Shown here: positions 1 through 8,768 of the stretch, piece after piece
Numbering within the stretch: position 1 is the stretch's first letter
Layout of the letters: each line of letters opens with the position of its first letter
Source of the DNA: a virus
Lineage: Duplodnaviria > Caudoviricetes
Length of the DNA: 53,990 bases
IMG/VR virus record: IMGVR_UViG_3300036766_001883
Coordinates: 1 to 53,990 of that record
Direction: 5' to 3' (one strand)
The notes under the pieces: generated by a model
The model's database searches: none
The model's input: the letters and a program-made list of their open reading frames with translations, nothing else
What the model was told of the DNA's origin: nothing
Position numbers and translations under genes: made by a program

Positions 1-127
1 GCACTTCCTAGCCTTGGCCACTGGGGATGACCGCGGTCCAGAGTTCGTCGGTCAGATGAATATTGAGCCTGCAGACTGCTCGCCGGCGGGGGATAGCAGG
101 GGCCAATCGTGTGATATAATGGACTCG
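1..127. repeat. Terminal direct repeat, identical to 53864-53990 (circular contig overlap)
   Basis: First 127 nt match the last 127 nt exactly; 127 is a common assembler k-mer. Confidence 0.95.
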
Positions 128-915
128 CCTACGGCGTGGGCAAGGAATACGAGCAGCGCGGGATCGAGGCGTGGTTCGACACTGTCCGGCCCGTGATAGA
201 GAACCTCGCCCGGTTCGCCGACGTGGCCTGCTGGCAGATCGGCGACCTCGCGGCGACAGGAAGCCAATTCATCGAGCCGACGATGGCCTACTCGGTGCAG
301 ATGTTCATCGCCGTCGGAATGCGGCCGATCTGGACGCGCATCTGGGAGAAGCAGGGCATGAACTTTGGCATCGGTCCCTATCACCTCGTCTCGAACAAGC
401 CGGTGCAACAGTATGAATACCTGGCGGCCTTCGCCGCTGCCCTCGGGGATGATACGGGCGGCGAACCGCCGGAACTGCGAGAGTATGGCTTCCTTTGTGC
501 CTTCGCGGCGGGACAATATCGTTTCGTGCGGCGGCTGACGCAGGCTGAGCGGCGCGCCTGGGGTTACGCCGGCATCTGGCACATCAACACGGTAGCCGAG
601 AACAAAGACCACCCCGCGATGTTCCCGTTGGAGATCCCGGAACGCTGCATCCGGATGCACAGCGACGCCTGCGATATCATCCTGGACCCCTTTTCGGGCG
701 CCGGAACGACGATAATTGCAGCGGAAAGGCAGGGAAGACGCTGCTGCGCGGTGGAACTGTCGCCGGGCTACTGCGACGTCGCAGTGGAGAGGTGGCAACG
801 CATGACGGGACTGCAGGCGGTGCTGGAGGGGAGCGGGGCCTTGTTCGGCGAACAAAGCAGGCACGCAGGTGAGCCCGCAACATCAGGCACATTTGGCAGG
901 GATGAGAGGGGATGA
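128..915 (+). pseudogene. 5'-truncated N4C/N6A DNA methyltransferase (beta class)
   Basis: HPAMFP and ILDPFSGAGTT (SAM binding) motifs, VELSPGYCDVAVERWQ tail; homology begins at YGVGKEYE, so the catalytic (S/D)PPY motif is cut at the repeat junction. Confidence 0.8.
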
Positions 916-1510
916 CCGATTGCCGCGGGGCGCGCAGGAACGCGAAGTCATCAAGCAGAGGCAGGAGCGGGCATGGCAGTTCCACACGATCCGCAAGTTG
1001 ACGGTGCCGGAAGTCGCGCGGGTGCTCAATGTCTCGGAGCGGACCGTGCTGCGCGACCTCGCCAGTTCACGCCGGCGCAACCTGGCCGCCTTCCGCAAGG
1101 AGGCGAGCAAAGCCGACTGGCTCATCGCCAATGCGATGGAGGCGCTGGAAGAGGCGAATGCCATCATGCGGCAAGCGTGGACGGACCTCGTGACTGCACC
1201 AGCGGGCTCGCCGGTGAGGGCAGGTTTTCTGAACGTGCTGCTGAAGGCGGTGGGACGGCGCATCGAGATCCTCCAGTCACTCGGGCTGCTGGACAAAGCG
1301 CCGGAAGGGATACTGATAGGTGACCTCGATCTCAACCGGCTCAGCGACGACGAACTTGCGGGGACGCTTGCCGACATCCGTCAAAGAATTGACCAGGCTC
1401 GAGCGCCAAGGGGAATTGATTCTGGCGCAGCGGCTGAACCCCGCGCCCTGGATGCGGGGGAATCTGGATATCAGGACGAAGGCCAGGACGGTGATCCCCC
1501 TGCAGGCTAA
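902..1510 (+). CDS. terS: Terminase small subunit (HTH)
   Basis: HTH (LTVPEVARVLNVSERTVLRDL), C-terminal DLNRLSDDEL, directly upstream of and overlapping TerL; start may be 869. Confidence 0.75.
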   Translation: MRGDDRLPRGAQEREVIKQRQERAWQFHTIRKLTVPEVARVLNVSERTVLRDLASSRRRNLAAFRKEASKADWLIANAMEALEEANAIMRQAWTDLVTAPAGSPVRAGFLNVLLKAVGRRIEILQSLGLLDKAPEGILIGDLDLNRLSDDELAGTLADIRQRIDQARAPRGIDSGAAAEPRALDAGESGYQDEGQDGDPPAG

Positions 1511-2138
1511 CGCGGTGCAGACGCAATACCTCGAGGGGCGCAGCGCGCGCGACATCATCTGCAAGGCGCGCCAGGTCGGAATCACGACGATTGTGTGCGC
1601 GCTGTTCTTCCACGACACGATCACGAGGCCCAACACCGCATCGGTGATCGTCGCCCACGATCGAGAAAGCACGGAACTGGTCTTCCGCATCGTGCAGTTA
1701 TTCTGGCGGCGGCTGCCGCAGGCGATGAGGGAGAAGGCGGGGCCGCCGCATTTCTCGAGCAGGCGCGAGTTCTTCTGGCCGCTGATTAACAGCCAGTTCT
1801 ATATAGGGACCGCAGGTGCCGTAACATTCGGCCGCGGCCAGACGATCAACAACCTGCACTGCTGCGAGTTCGCCTTCTGGCCTCGAGCCGAAGAATCCAT
1901 GGCCACCCTCCTGGAGGCCGTGCCGGCGGATGGCCACGTGGTGATCGAGTCCACGGCGAACGGGATCGGCAACTACTTTCACACACTGTGGCGCGCGGCC
2001 GCGGACAAGCAGAGTGAGTTCAAGCCGCACTTCTTTCCCTGGTGGCTGGAGCCGAAGTATCGGCTCGAGCCCACCGATGAGGAGTTCGAAGCATGGCAGA
2101 GTCAATTGGGTCAACTGGGCGTCGCGGCACGACGCTGA
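1320..2138 (+). CDS. terL: Terminase large subunit, N-terminal ATPase part
   Basis: Walker A KARQVGITT, Walker B LHCCEFAFW, coupling motif IESTANG, FFPWW; start uncertain (1320 or TTG 1368). Confidence 0.9.
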   Translation: MTSISTGSATTNLRGRLPTSVKELTRLERQGELILAQRLNPAPWMRGNLDIRTKARTVIPLQANAVQTQYLEGRSARDIICKARQVGITTIVCALFFHDTITRPNTASVIVAHDRESTELVFRIVQLFWRRLPQAMREKAGPPHFSSRREFFWPLINSQFYIGTAGAVTFGRGQTINNLHCCEFAFWPRAEESMATLLEAVPADGHVVIESTANGIGNYFHTLWRAAADKQSEFKPHFFPWWLEPKYRLEPTDEEFEAWQSQLGQLGVAARR

Positions 2139-2596
2139 GGCCGCTGATCGCGGGGCTCTATGAAGACGGCAAATCGCTGAGCGAGGTCGGGGCGATTACT
2201 GGGTTGCATAGAGGCACTGTCAGGTATCACCTTCGGCAGATGGGTTTAGAGCGGAGACCTCAGCTAGAGGCGCTCAGAGCCGCCGGCGGGCGCATTTCGC
2301 AGCGCCTGAGAGGACGGCGCAGCCCAAACTACAAGGGAGGTCGAACTCACCAGAGTGACGGGTATATTCTGGTGCACATGCCTGGGCATCCGCGCACGGA
2401 TAAATCCGGGTACGTGTTTGAGCATCGGCTCGTCATGGAAAAGGCGGTGGGCCGGTTGCTATCTCAGCATGAGGTCGTGCACCACCGCAATGGGAGCAAG
2501 GGTGATAACCGTCTCGAGAACCTTGAGTTGCTGGCGAACCACGGCGAACATTTGGCGCGTCATGGGCACTTGAAGGGAAGTCATCATGGTAACTGA
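2093..2596 (+). CDS. HNH homing endonuclease with N-terminal HTH, inserted in terL
   Basis: GYVFEHRLVME..GRLL..EVVHHRNGSKGDNRLENLEL; RBS GAGGAG upstream. Confidence 0.92.
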   Translation: MAESIGSTGRRGTTLRPLIAGLYEDGKSLSEVGAITGLHRGTVRYHLRQMGLERRPQLEALRAAGGRISQRLRGRRSPNYKGGRTHQSDGYILVHMPGHPRTDKSGYVFEHRLVMEKAVGRLLSQHEVVHHRNGSKGDNRLENLELLANHGEHLARHGHLKGSHHGN

Positions 2597-3461
2597 AGTC
2601 ATTCCCCTGACCAGCGAAGAGGTGGCCCTGATCCACCACCATGGGTTATCGCTCTCGCAGATCAAGTGGGCGCGGCAGAGACAGCGGCAACTACGCGAGC
2701 AGTTTCTTCAGGAATATCCATGCGACGACGTCACTGCCTTCCTGACCACCGGCCGATCGTGCTTCGACGTGCAGGCTCTGCGGCAGACGCTGCAGGCGAT
2801 CGCGGGCGAATCCAAGCCGCGCAAGATCAGCGCACTGACCAAGGGAGAGGACGCGCTCTCCTTCGCGCCGGCTCAGCTGGTGGCCTGGCAGTTTCCCCAG
2901 CGCGACCGGCTCTACGTGATCGGGGCCGATGTCGGAGAGGGATTGCCAGGCGGCGATGCTTCCTGTGCCCAGGTACTGGACCGCGCCACCTGCCAGCAAG
3001 TGGCGGAACTGCACGGGCGGGTGCCGCCGGATCGGTTCGGACACATGCTCGACCGGCTGGGCCGCTGGTACAACATGGCGACCGTGGGCGTGGAGCGCAA
3101 CAACCACGGGCACTCGACCCTGAACACCTTGCGCAACGTATCCCGCTACCCGAGACTCTACTACTACATGCGCTACGACCGCACCGCGCACACGAACAAG
3201 CCGGTGCTGGGCTGGCCGACGGATGCGAGCACCAAGCCCATCCTGGTGGACGACCTGGCGGCGGCGATCAGCGGGGGCAACATCGTGATCCACTCGCCAG
3301 GGCTGGTGGACGAGTGCTTCACGTTCGTCTCTAAGTCGGGGGGCGTCCAGGAGGCGGAAGAGGGCAAGTACGACGACCGGGTCATGGCGATGGGGATCGC
3401 CTGGCAGGTGCGCAAGCGGGGCGTCGGGCGCGGGACGACGCAGAGGCCGGCGGGATGGTGA
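2586..3461 (+). CDS. terL: Terminase large subunit, C-terminal nuclease part
   Basis: FLQEYP..AFLTTGR, VIGADVGEG, VERNNHG, YDDRVMAMGIA (RNase H-fold nuclease). Confidence 0.9.
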   Translation: MVTEVIPLTSEEVALIHHHGLSLSQIKWARQRQRQLREQFLQEYPCDDVTAFLTTGRSCFDVQALRQTLQAIAGESKPRKISALTKGEDALSFAPAQLVAWQFPQRDRLYVIGADVGEGLPGGDASCAQVLDRATCQQVAELHGRVPPDRFGHMLDRLGRWYNMATVGVERNNHGHSTLNTLRNVSRYPRLYYYMRYDRTAHTNKPVLGWPTDASTKPILVDDLAAAISGGNIVIHSPGLVDECFTFVSKSGGVQEAEEGKYDDRVMAMGIAWQVRKRGVGRGTTQRPAGW

Positions 3462-3736
3462 ACCCGACGACGAGGCGCGTCCACTCTCTGCGATCGCTGG
3501 CAGAGGCAGTCGCGGCCCTCGCGTCGGAATTGCAGGTCGGCCTTCCCCCAGGGAGCGAATTGAGGATCGTCACCCCGTCCCAGGCGGCGCTGCTTGAGTT
3601 CTTTGCGGAGAACCCCTTCTGCACGATCGAACACCTCGAGATTCACGCCGGCGATCCACACCTCCTCGAGCTGCGGCTCAACGAGGTGGTGGCGGCGAAA
3701 ATCAAACTGCGGCCGCAGGAACAGAAGGTCGGTTGA
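3455..3736 (+). CDS. Small protein, DUF2292/YezD-like; candidate antitermination factor
   Basis: LLEFF..NPFCTIEHLEIHAGDP..KIKL pattern recalls DUF2292; directly upstream of RNA switch A. Confidence 0.45.
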   Translation: MVNPTTRRVHSLRSLAEAVAALASELQVGLPPGSELRIVTPSQAALLEFFAENPFCTIEHLEIHAGDPHLLELRLNEVVAAKIKLRPQEQKVG

Positions 3737-3761
3737 CATGGGCCGACCGATGGCATAGAAT
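3733..3761 (+). promoter_or_regulatory. Sigma70/SigA-type promoter
   Basis: TTGACA-N17-TAGAAT. Confidence 0.8.
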
Positions 3762-3768
3762 CGCCCGG

Positions 3769-3852
3769 ACAACTGAATAACGATGCTCGGCGACCGGAAA
3801 ACCGGAGGCGAGCCGATTGTCTCCCAAGCCTGGGAAACGCGGCTCGCTTTTT
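3769..3852 (+). promoter_or_regulatory. Attenuator A: boxA-like motif, antiterminator hairpin, overlapping intrinsic terminator
   Basis: ACAACTGAATAA, GCTCG-GCGA-CCGG-AAAA-CCGG-AGG-CGAGC; AGGCGAGCCG can instead pair with CGGCTCGCTT before a T tract. Confidence 0.75.
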
Positions 3853-3882
3853 CGTTTCGGGCGCCGCGGAAGGAAGAAAGGC

Positions 3883-5319
3883 ATGGCACTCGATCTGAAG
3901 ACGTATCCGCCGGCCGGGCACACCGACAGGGTGAACGGATACGCGCGTAACGAGAAGCTCTTTCTCGGCGATCACAAGATCGTCTTCGGAGTCCAGCCCG
4001 GCCGGTTCCAGATGCTGCGCTACATCGTCGCCAACTTCCCCGCGGCACTGTCGCGGCTGTGCGCGGACTTCCTCTTCGGGGAGGAGCCGGACTTCACCGC
4101 CGGCCAGGAGAAGGAGACCGAACGCGAGGCAGGGCAGGCAGCGCTCGACGAGATGATCAAGCGCAACAAGCTGCATGTGACCAACTACGAATCGGCGCTC
4201 TCCAACTCGTTCCGCGGCGACGCGGTCTATAAGGTGCGCTGGGGGATTCGTGATCCGGCGGCGGGAGCGGATCAGAAGCCGGAGGCGATCATCCAGGAGG
4301 TGCCGGCGACGATTTTCTTCCCCGAACTCGCGGAGGACGACGTGCGCCAGATCCTGCGGGTAACGATCGGCTGGACGAAGCGGGATCCCAACGACGCGCT
4401 CAAACAGTACCTGCGCATCGAGGAGCACGAGCCGGGCGTCGTCAGGCACCGGCTGTATCTGCTCACCGGGCAGACACCCGGGCAGCAGGTCGCCCTCGAG
4501 ACGCTCGAGCAGTACAAGGGGTTGCCGGATGAGGAGCTGACGGGCCTCACCGTGATCCCCGTCGTACACATACCCAACTTCAGGTACGGCTCGCGATTTT
4601 GGGGAATTAGCGATTACCAGGGGCTGGACTCGCTCTTCGAGGCGCTCAACAGCCGGCTGTCGCAGATCGAAGTGGTGCTTGATAAGCATACGGCGCCGAA
4701 GATCATATTGCCGCCGGGCTATGTTGACAGCGACGGCAAGGTCCGGTTCGACCAGATGGAAGCGGTCGAATTGGCGGCCGGGGATCAACCGCCGAGTTAT
4801 CTCACGTGGGAGGGGCAACTCCAGGCGGCGGGGGCGCAGTATGACCGCTTGCTGGACCTGCTGATGATCACGGCGGAGATCGCGCCCTCGGTCTTCGGAC
4901 TGGAGAAGTTCGGGCTCGCGGAGAGTGGACGCGCACTCCGGCTGAGGTTGCTGCGCACCCTGGCGAAGATCAACCGGAAGCGCCTGTACTACGATGCGGG
5001 GCTGAAGCAGGCACTGACGATCGCACAGATGCTCGATGTCACCAGGGGCGGCGGCAAGTATGCACCTGCGGAACCATCGATCGCCTGGGCGGACGGGTTG
5101 CCGGAGGACGTGGTAGAGATGGCCGAGATCGAGGTGCAGCGCATGGCTGCGGGCAACACGTCGGTAGAGTCATCCATCAGAAGGCTCGATGGTCCGGACG
5201 CGGTCGAGGCCGAGATGGACCGGATGGATGAGGAGGCCGGGCAGATGGCGGTCACCACTGGGGCCTCGCAGCGGCCCGGCCAATCGGCACAACCTGGCCA
5301 GAGGCAAGGGCAGCAGTGA
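3883..5319 (+). CDS. Portal protein (SPP1 gp6-like)
   Basis: ADFLFGEEP, IPVVHIPN, WGISDY, ESGRALRL, WADGLPED motifs; follows terL. Confidence 0.9.
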   Translation: MALDLKTYPPAGHTDRVNGYARNEKLFLGDHKIVFGVQPGRFQMLRYIVANFPAALSRLCADFLFGEEPDFTAGQEKETEREAGQAALDEMIKRNKLHVTNYESALSNSFRGDAVYKVRWGIRDPAAGADQKPEAIIQEVPATIFFPELAEDDVRQILRVTIGWTKRDPNDALKQYLRIEEHEPGVVRHRLYLLTGQTPGQQVALETLEQYKGLPDEELTGLTVIPVVHIPNFRYGSRFWGISDYQGLDSLFEALNSRLSQIEVVLDKHTAPKIILPPGYVDSDGKVRFDQMEAVELAAGDQPPSYLTWEGQLQAAGAQYDRLLDLLMITAEIAPSVFGLEKFGLAESGRALRLRLLRTLAKINRKRLYYDAGLKQALTIAQMLDVTRGGGKYAPAEPSIAWADGLPEDVVEMAEIEVQRMAAGNTSVESSIRRLDGPDAVEAEMDRMDEEAGQMAVTTGASQRPGQSAQPGQRQGQQ

Positions 5320-5600
5320 TGGGCGGCGTCTTTCACAGCGCAGTCTATGGCGCGATGAACAAACGGCAGCGGCGCCGCCTTGGCATGGCCGGATATCGGC
5401 GCGAGGAAGTCTGGGCGCGCATGGCGGCGGAGGAGGGGCGGATGCGGGCGGCCCGGGCTGCCCTGGCCTGGAAGGTGACGCCTTGGTGGCGCAAGGTGGT
5501 GATACGGATCAGGCTCTTCTGGCCCGTTCTCGTGCGGTTACTCGCGGCCTGCGGGCGGCGGCTGACTTTTTTTCGCAAGAAACCACGAGGAAAACCGTGA
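5316..5600 (+). CDS. Hypothetical basic protein
   Basis: ORF overlapping the portal stop and filling the gap. Confidence 0.45.
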   Translation: MMGGVFHSAVYGAMNKRQRRRLGMAGYRREEVWARMAAEEGRMRAARAALAWKVTPWWRKVVIRIRLFWPVLVRLLAACGRRLTFFRKKPRGKP

Positions 5601-5615
5601 GGTTCGGCCTGCCCC

Positions 5616-6707
5616 ATGCCTGCCCTCATCTCCAAGAGACGCGTTGACGAGTTCCGCCGGGCGTTCGACCGCGAGATCAACTCCCTGGCGGCGCTCTACC
5701 GCAACGCCGCCGCTGATGCCCTCGACGTGTTGAGCCAGGCGGCTGCCACGGTCGCCTCGCGCCAGCGCGCTCTGGCCTTGCTGCGGCAGTATCAATATGT
5801 CCTCGCGGGACTGAACGATGAGGCGGCGCTCTGGATCCAACTCAACGTGCCCAAGGCATACCAGTTGGGGGTCGAGTTTGGAGAGCAGGGACTCCGGGGC
5901 GTACGAAGGGCAGCCGGGCGGGCGGGCATCAACCTGCGGCCAGAGGCCCGCCGTGCGGTGGCGCTCCGGGAGCGGGATGTCTTCTCGCGGGTACACCAGG
6001 AAGCGGTGCAAGCGATAACGGGTGCGATGCTCGATCAGGTGAACGCCGCGGTCCTGGAGATCGGGCGGCGGACGGATGATGTTTTCAGGCAGCAAGGCAT
6101 CCTGGCGGTGGCCAGGGGCGTCGCCGCCGGCAAGGCGCGCGTCGAGGTGAGCCGCGAGATCAAGGACCGGCTGATCGCGGCGGGCCAGCCGGTCTTCCGC
6201 GATCGCCTCAACCGCGTCTGGACGCTGGACCGCTACGCCGAGATGGTGGCGCGGACGACCACGCGGGAGGCGATGACGCAGGGGACGATCAACCGACTGC
6301 GGGAAGAGGGGATCGTGCTGGCGCAGGTGAGTCAGCACCCCTGCAAAGATTTTTGCGTCTATTATGAAAACGTCATCGTCTGCATCCAGGGGACCCATCC
6401 GGTCTATCCCGGCATCGAGGCGATCGGCGGCGGCCCACCATTCCACCCTCGGTGCATACATGTCCTGAGGCCCTTCGTCGAACGGCTGGCGAGCCGCGAA
6501 GAGAAGCAGGAGGGCAAGGTCGCGGCGGACCTGCTGCGGCCGGAAGGGAAGAGCAAGGAGCAGCACTTCGCCCTGCTCCAGCGGCGGTTCACGAAAGAAT
6601 TCCCGCAGTTGGCGCGCGAGGAGGGGAAGCGCCTCCGAGCCGAGGGCGCCCGGGCAGAGGCGCGGCGCGAGCGCGCGATCGCGCGGGCAGGCGCAAAATC
6701 TTCCTGA
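5616..6707 (+). CDS. Minor capsid / head morphogenesis protein
   Basis: YAEMVARTTTREA, CKDFC, PPFHPRCIH motifs. Confidence 0.85.
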   Translation: MPALISKRRVDEFRRAFDREINSLAALYRNAAADALDVLSQAAATVASRQRALALLRQYQYVLAGLNDEAALWIQLNVPKAYQLGVEFGEQGLRGVRRAAGRAGINLRPEARRAVALRERDVFSRVHQEAVQAITGAMLDQVNAAVLEIGRRTDDVFRQQGILAVARGVAAGKARVEVSREIKDRLIAAGQPVFRDRLNRVWTLDRYAEMVARTTTREAMTQGTINRLREEGIVLAQVSQHPCKDFCVYYENVIVCIQGTHPVYPGIEAIGGGPPFHPRCIHVLRPFVERLASREEKQEGKVAADLLRPEGKSKEQHFALLQRRFTKEFPQLAREEGKRLRAEGARAEARRERAIARAGAKSS

Positions 6708-6714
6708 TGGGGGA

Positions 6715-6742
6715 TTGACAGGGGGAGAAGTTGCGGTAGAAT
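6715..6742 (+). promoter_or_regulatory. Sigma70/SigA-type promoter
   Basis: TTGACA-N16-TAGAAT, same hexamers as the 3733 promoter. Confidence 0.7.
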
Positions 6743-6794
6743 AGCAGGTGGCCTTGGGCTCGCCTGGACGGGATCTGGGGACGAGCCCGCGATG

Positions 6795-6894
6795 ACAACC
6801 GAATAATACGGCCTGGCGACCAGAAAACTGGAGGCAGGCATCTCGCGATCCTCGAGGTGATGGAGGGTCATGGGATGTCTGCCTCTTTCTTTTT
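6795..6894 (+). promoter_or_regulatory. Attenuator B, paralogue of A
   Basis: ACAACCGAATAA, GCCTG-GCGA-CCAG-AAAA-CTGG-AGG-CAGGC; GAGGCAGGCATCTC/GGGATGTCTGCCTC stem plus TTTCTTTTT. Confidence 0.78.
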
Positions 6895-6909
6895 GGCCAG
6901 GAGGAAAGG

Positions 6910-7092
6910 ATGCCTGTTCACGAGGTCGCCGGCGGTTGGAAATGGGGCAGGCACGGCAAGGTCTATCCGACCAAGGAACAGGCGGAGGAACAAGGCCGGG
7001 CGGCATTTGCGAGCGGTTACAGGGGCCGCAGGGTTCCGCGAGTACGCAAGTCGAGCCGGCGGTTCAAAGTCGGCCGTCGGGCAAGTAGGTGA
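6910..7092 (+). CDS. Small phage protein
   Basis: RBS GGAGG; GWKWG..GKVY..KEQA..QGRA pattern typical of small head-region proteins. Confidence 0.7.
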   Translation: MPVHEVAGGWKWGRHGKVYPTKEQAEEQGRAAFASGYRGRRVPRVRKSSRRFKVGRRASR

Positions 7093-7097
7093 TAAAA

Positions 7098-7460
7098 ATG
7101 GCGGACATCACGATTGACAACAGCACATTCGTCAGCGGGGCTTACGGTCCGGGAGAGAGAGCTGCTCTCGGGGAAAAGTTGGCCGAGGCAGGAGATGAGA
7201 AGGCTATTCGGGAGGCGTTCCTCTACGTGCCGGACCTCGAGAAGCGCAGTACCTGGGGCGGGCCGCACCACGAGTTGAGGGGCGACACACTCGTCGTCAA
7301 TCGCACCGCAGTTCACGCCAGGTTGGGTGAATTGCACGGCGGCCGCAACCCGGGCGGCCCCGACTGGCCGCGGAGCGCCATTGTCGCCGGGTTGGCCCAT
7401 CTCCGGAAGCATTACCAGGGGATGGATGAGGAAATGCCCGACAAGCCGTCGGGCGACTGA
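7098..7460 (+). CDS. Head-region protein (PHH..LVVNR..HLRKHY domain)
   Basis: RBS AGGTGA; paralogous to the next ORF. Confidence 0.65.
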   Translation: MADITIDNSTFVSGAYGPGERAALGEKLAEAGDEKAIREAFLYVPDLEKRSTWGGPHHELRGDTLVVNRTAVHARLGELHGGRNPGGPDWPRSAIVAGLAHLRKHYQGMDEEMPDKPSGD

Positions 7461-7470
7461 GGGCAGAGCC

Positions 7471-7812
7471 ATGCGAATCAACAACAAGCGCGTTTCAGAT
7501 CTGCCCTGGGATGATGAGGCGACCTTCGAGACCGAGCAGGCGATGGCCGATGCCAGCGCCAGCGTGCTCGGGGAAGCGTACTCCTATGTGGGCGGCGACA
7601 ATGTGCGTCTCGGTCTGCATCACGAGGTGGTGGACGACCAACTGCTCGTGAACCGCGAGGCGGTCTATAACGCGATGGGCGTTTTCGGACGCCGGCCAAT
7701 GGCCGTGGGCGAGGAGCTGCAGCCAAGCCCAATGATGGGGATCAGGCGCGCCGATCGCATCAAGGCGATGGAGCACCTGCACCGGCACATCCAGAGGCTG
7801 CAGCAGCACTGA
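7471..7812 (+). CDS. Head-region protein, paralogue of 7098-7460
   Basis: LHHEVVDDQLLVNREAV vs PHHELRGDTLVVNRTAV; HLHRHI vs HLRKHY. Confidence 0.65.
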   Translation: MRINNKRVSDLPWDDEATFETEQAMADASASVLGEAYSYVGGDNVRLGLHHEVVDDQLLVNREAVYNAMGVFGRRPMAVGEELQPSPMMGIRRADRIKAMEHLHRHIQRLQQH

Positions 7813-7982
7813 TAGGGATTCGTTCCGCCCCCGCAAGAGCGGGGTCGGACTTGCCAGACGCATCCGGCGGGCGGTGAATCGCCGGGAGACGCCGACGGGC
7901 GGTGGCTAAGTCTGCCGAAGGCAGACCGCCATCCCGGCCCCCAAGGGGGCTTAGGGATCAACCACGGGAGGAGACCAGGATC

Positions 7983-8699
7983 ATGCCGAAGACACCAGAG
8001 GAACTCGAAGCCGAGCGCAAGGCGCAGGAAGCCGCAGACGAGGCCAAGCGAAAAGCCGACGAAGAGGAGGCGAAGCGCAAGGCGGATGCCGCGGCCGCAG
8101 CTGCCGCTGCGGAGAGGGGCGGCTTCAAGGTCACGCTGACCGATGCCCAACGCGCGGCCCTCCTCAGGGGCGAGCCGCTGGATCTCAGCGATGAGCAGTA
8201 CACGGGCGGCGTGCGCAAGGACCTCGAGGAACAGAGGCGGCTGCGGCGGGCGGCTGAGAAGCAGCTCGCCGAGATCGCCAAGCAGCGCGAAGAGGAAGAG
8301 AAGAAAGCCCTCGTAGATCAGGAGAAGTTCAAGGACCTCTACGAGAAGGAACAGGCAGCCCATGTGACGACCCAGGGGCGCCGGAAGACCGACGCCGTGC
8401 GGGCCGACTTCATGGTGGCTGCCGCGAGGGCCGGGGTCGTGGATATGGACCTCGCCTTCCTCGCTGCGAAGGCATCGCCTCTGTTCGAGAAGGTTGCGGT
8501 GGATGACGAGGGCGCGGTTACGGGCGTCAAGGAAGTCCTCGAGCAACTGGTCAAGGACAAACCATTCCTGGTTTCCGGACAGCAAAGGCAGACGTTTGGA
8601 GGGCCGAGCAACCCCAGCACGACGGAGACGCCGGCCCCGAAGACGCTCGCCGAGGCCGGAGATCAGCTCGAAACCAGACTGAAGACCGGCCAAATCTAA
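7983..8699 (+). CDS. Capsid scaffolding protein
   Basis: Coiled-coil, charged; LVKDKPFLV C-terminal motif; precedes the major capsid gene. Confidence 0.8.
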   Translation: MPKTPEELEAERKAQEAADEAKRKADEEEAKRKADAAAAAAAAERGGFKVTLTDAQRAALLRGEPLDLSDEQYTGGVRKDLEEQRRLRRAAEKQLAEIAKQREEEEKKALVDQEKFKDLYEKEQAAHVTTQGRRKTDAVRADFMVAAARAGVVDMDLAFLAAKASPLFEKVAVDDEGAVTGVKEVLEQLVKDKPFLVSGQQRQTFGGPSNPSTTETPAPKTLAEAGDQLETRLKTGQI

Positions 8700-8768
8700 C
8701 GGTGGGCGGATGAGTCGGACTGCAGGGCTGCGCTGCCACCTGTGGACCGGCGGATCGAGGAGATTGAA

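Noticed and set aside
1-127. Biological terminal repeat of the virion DNA
   Set aside because: Exactly 127 nt, matching a common assembler k-mer, and part of the 298-bp internal repeat; better explained as circular overlap
2080-2600. Group I intron or intein in terL
   Set aside because: HNH ORF fills the interval in another frame, with in-frame stops and no space for a ribozyme core; no intein terminal motifs
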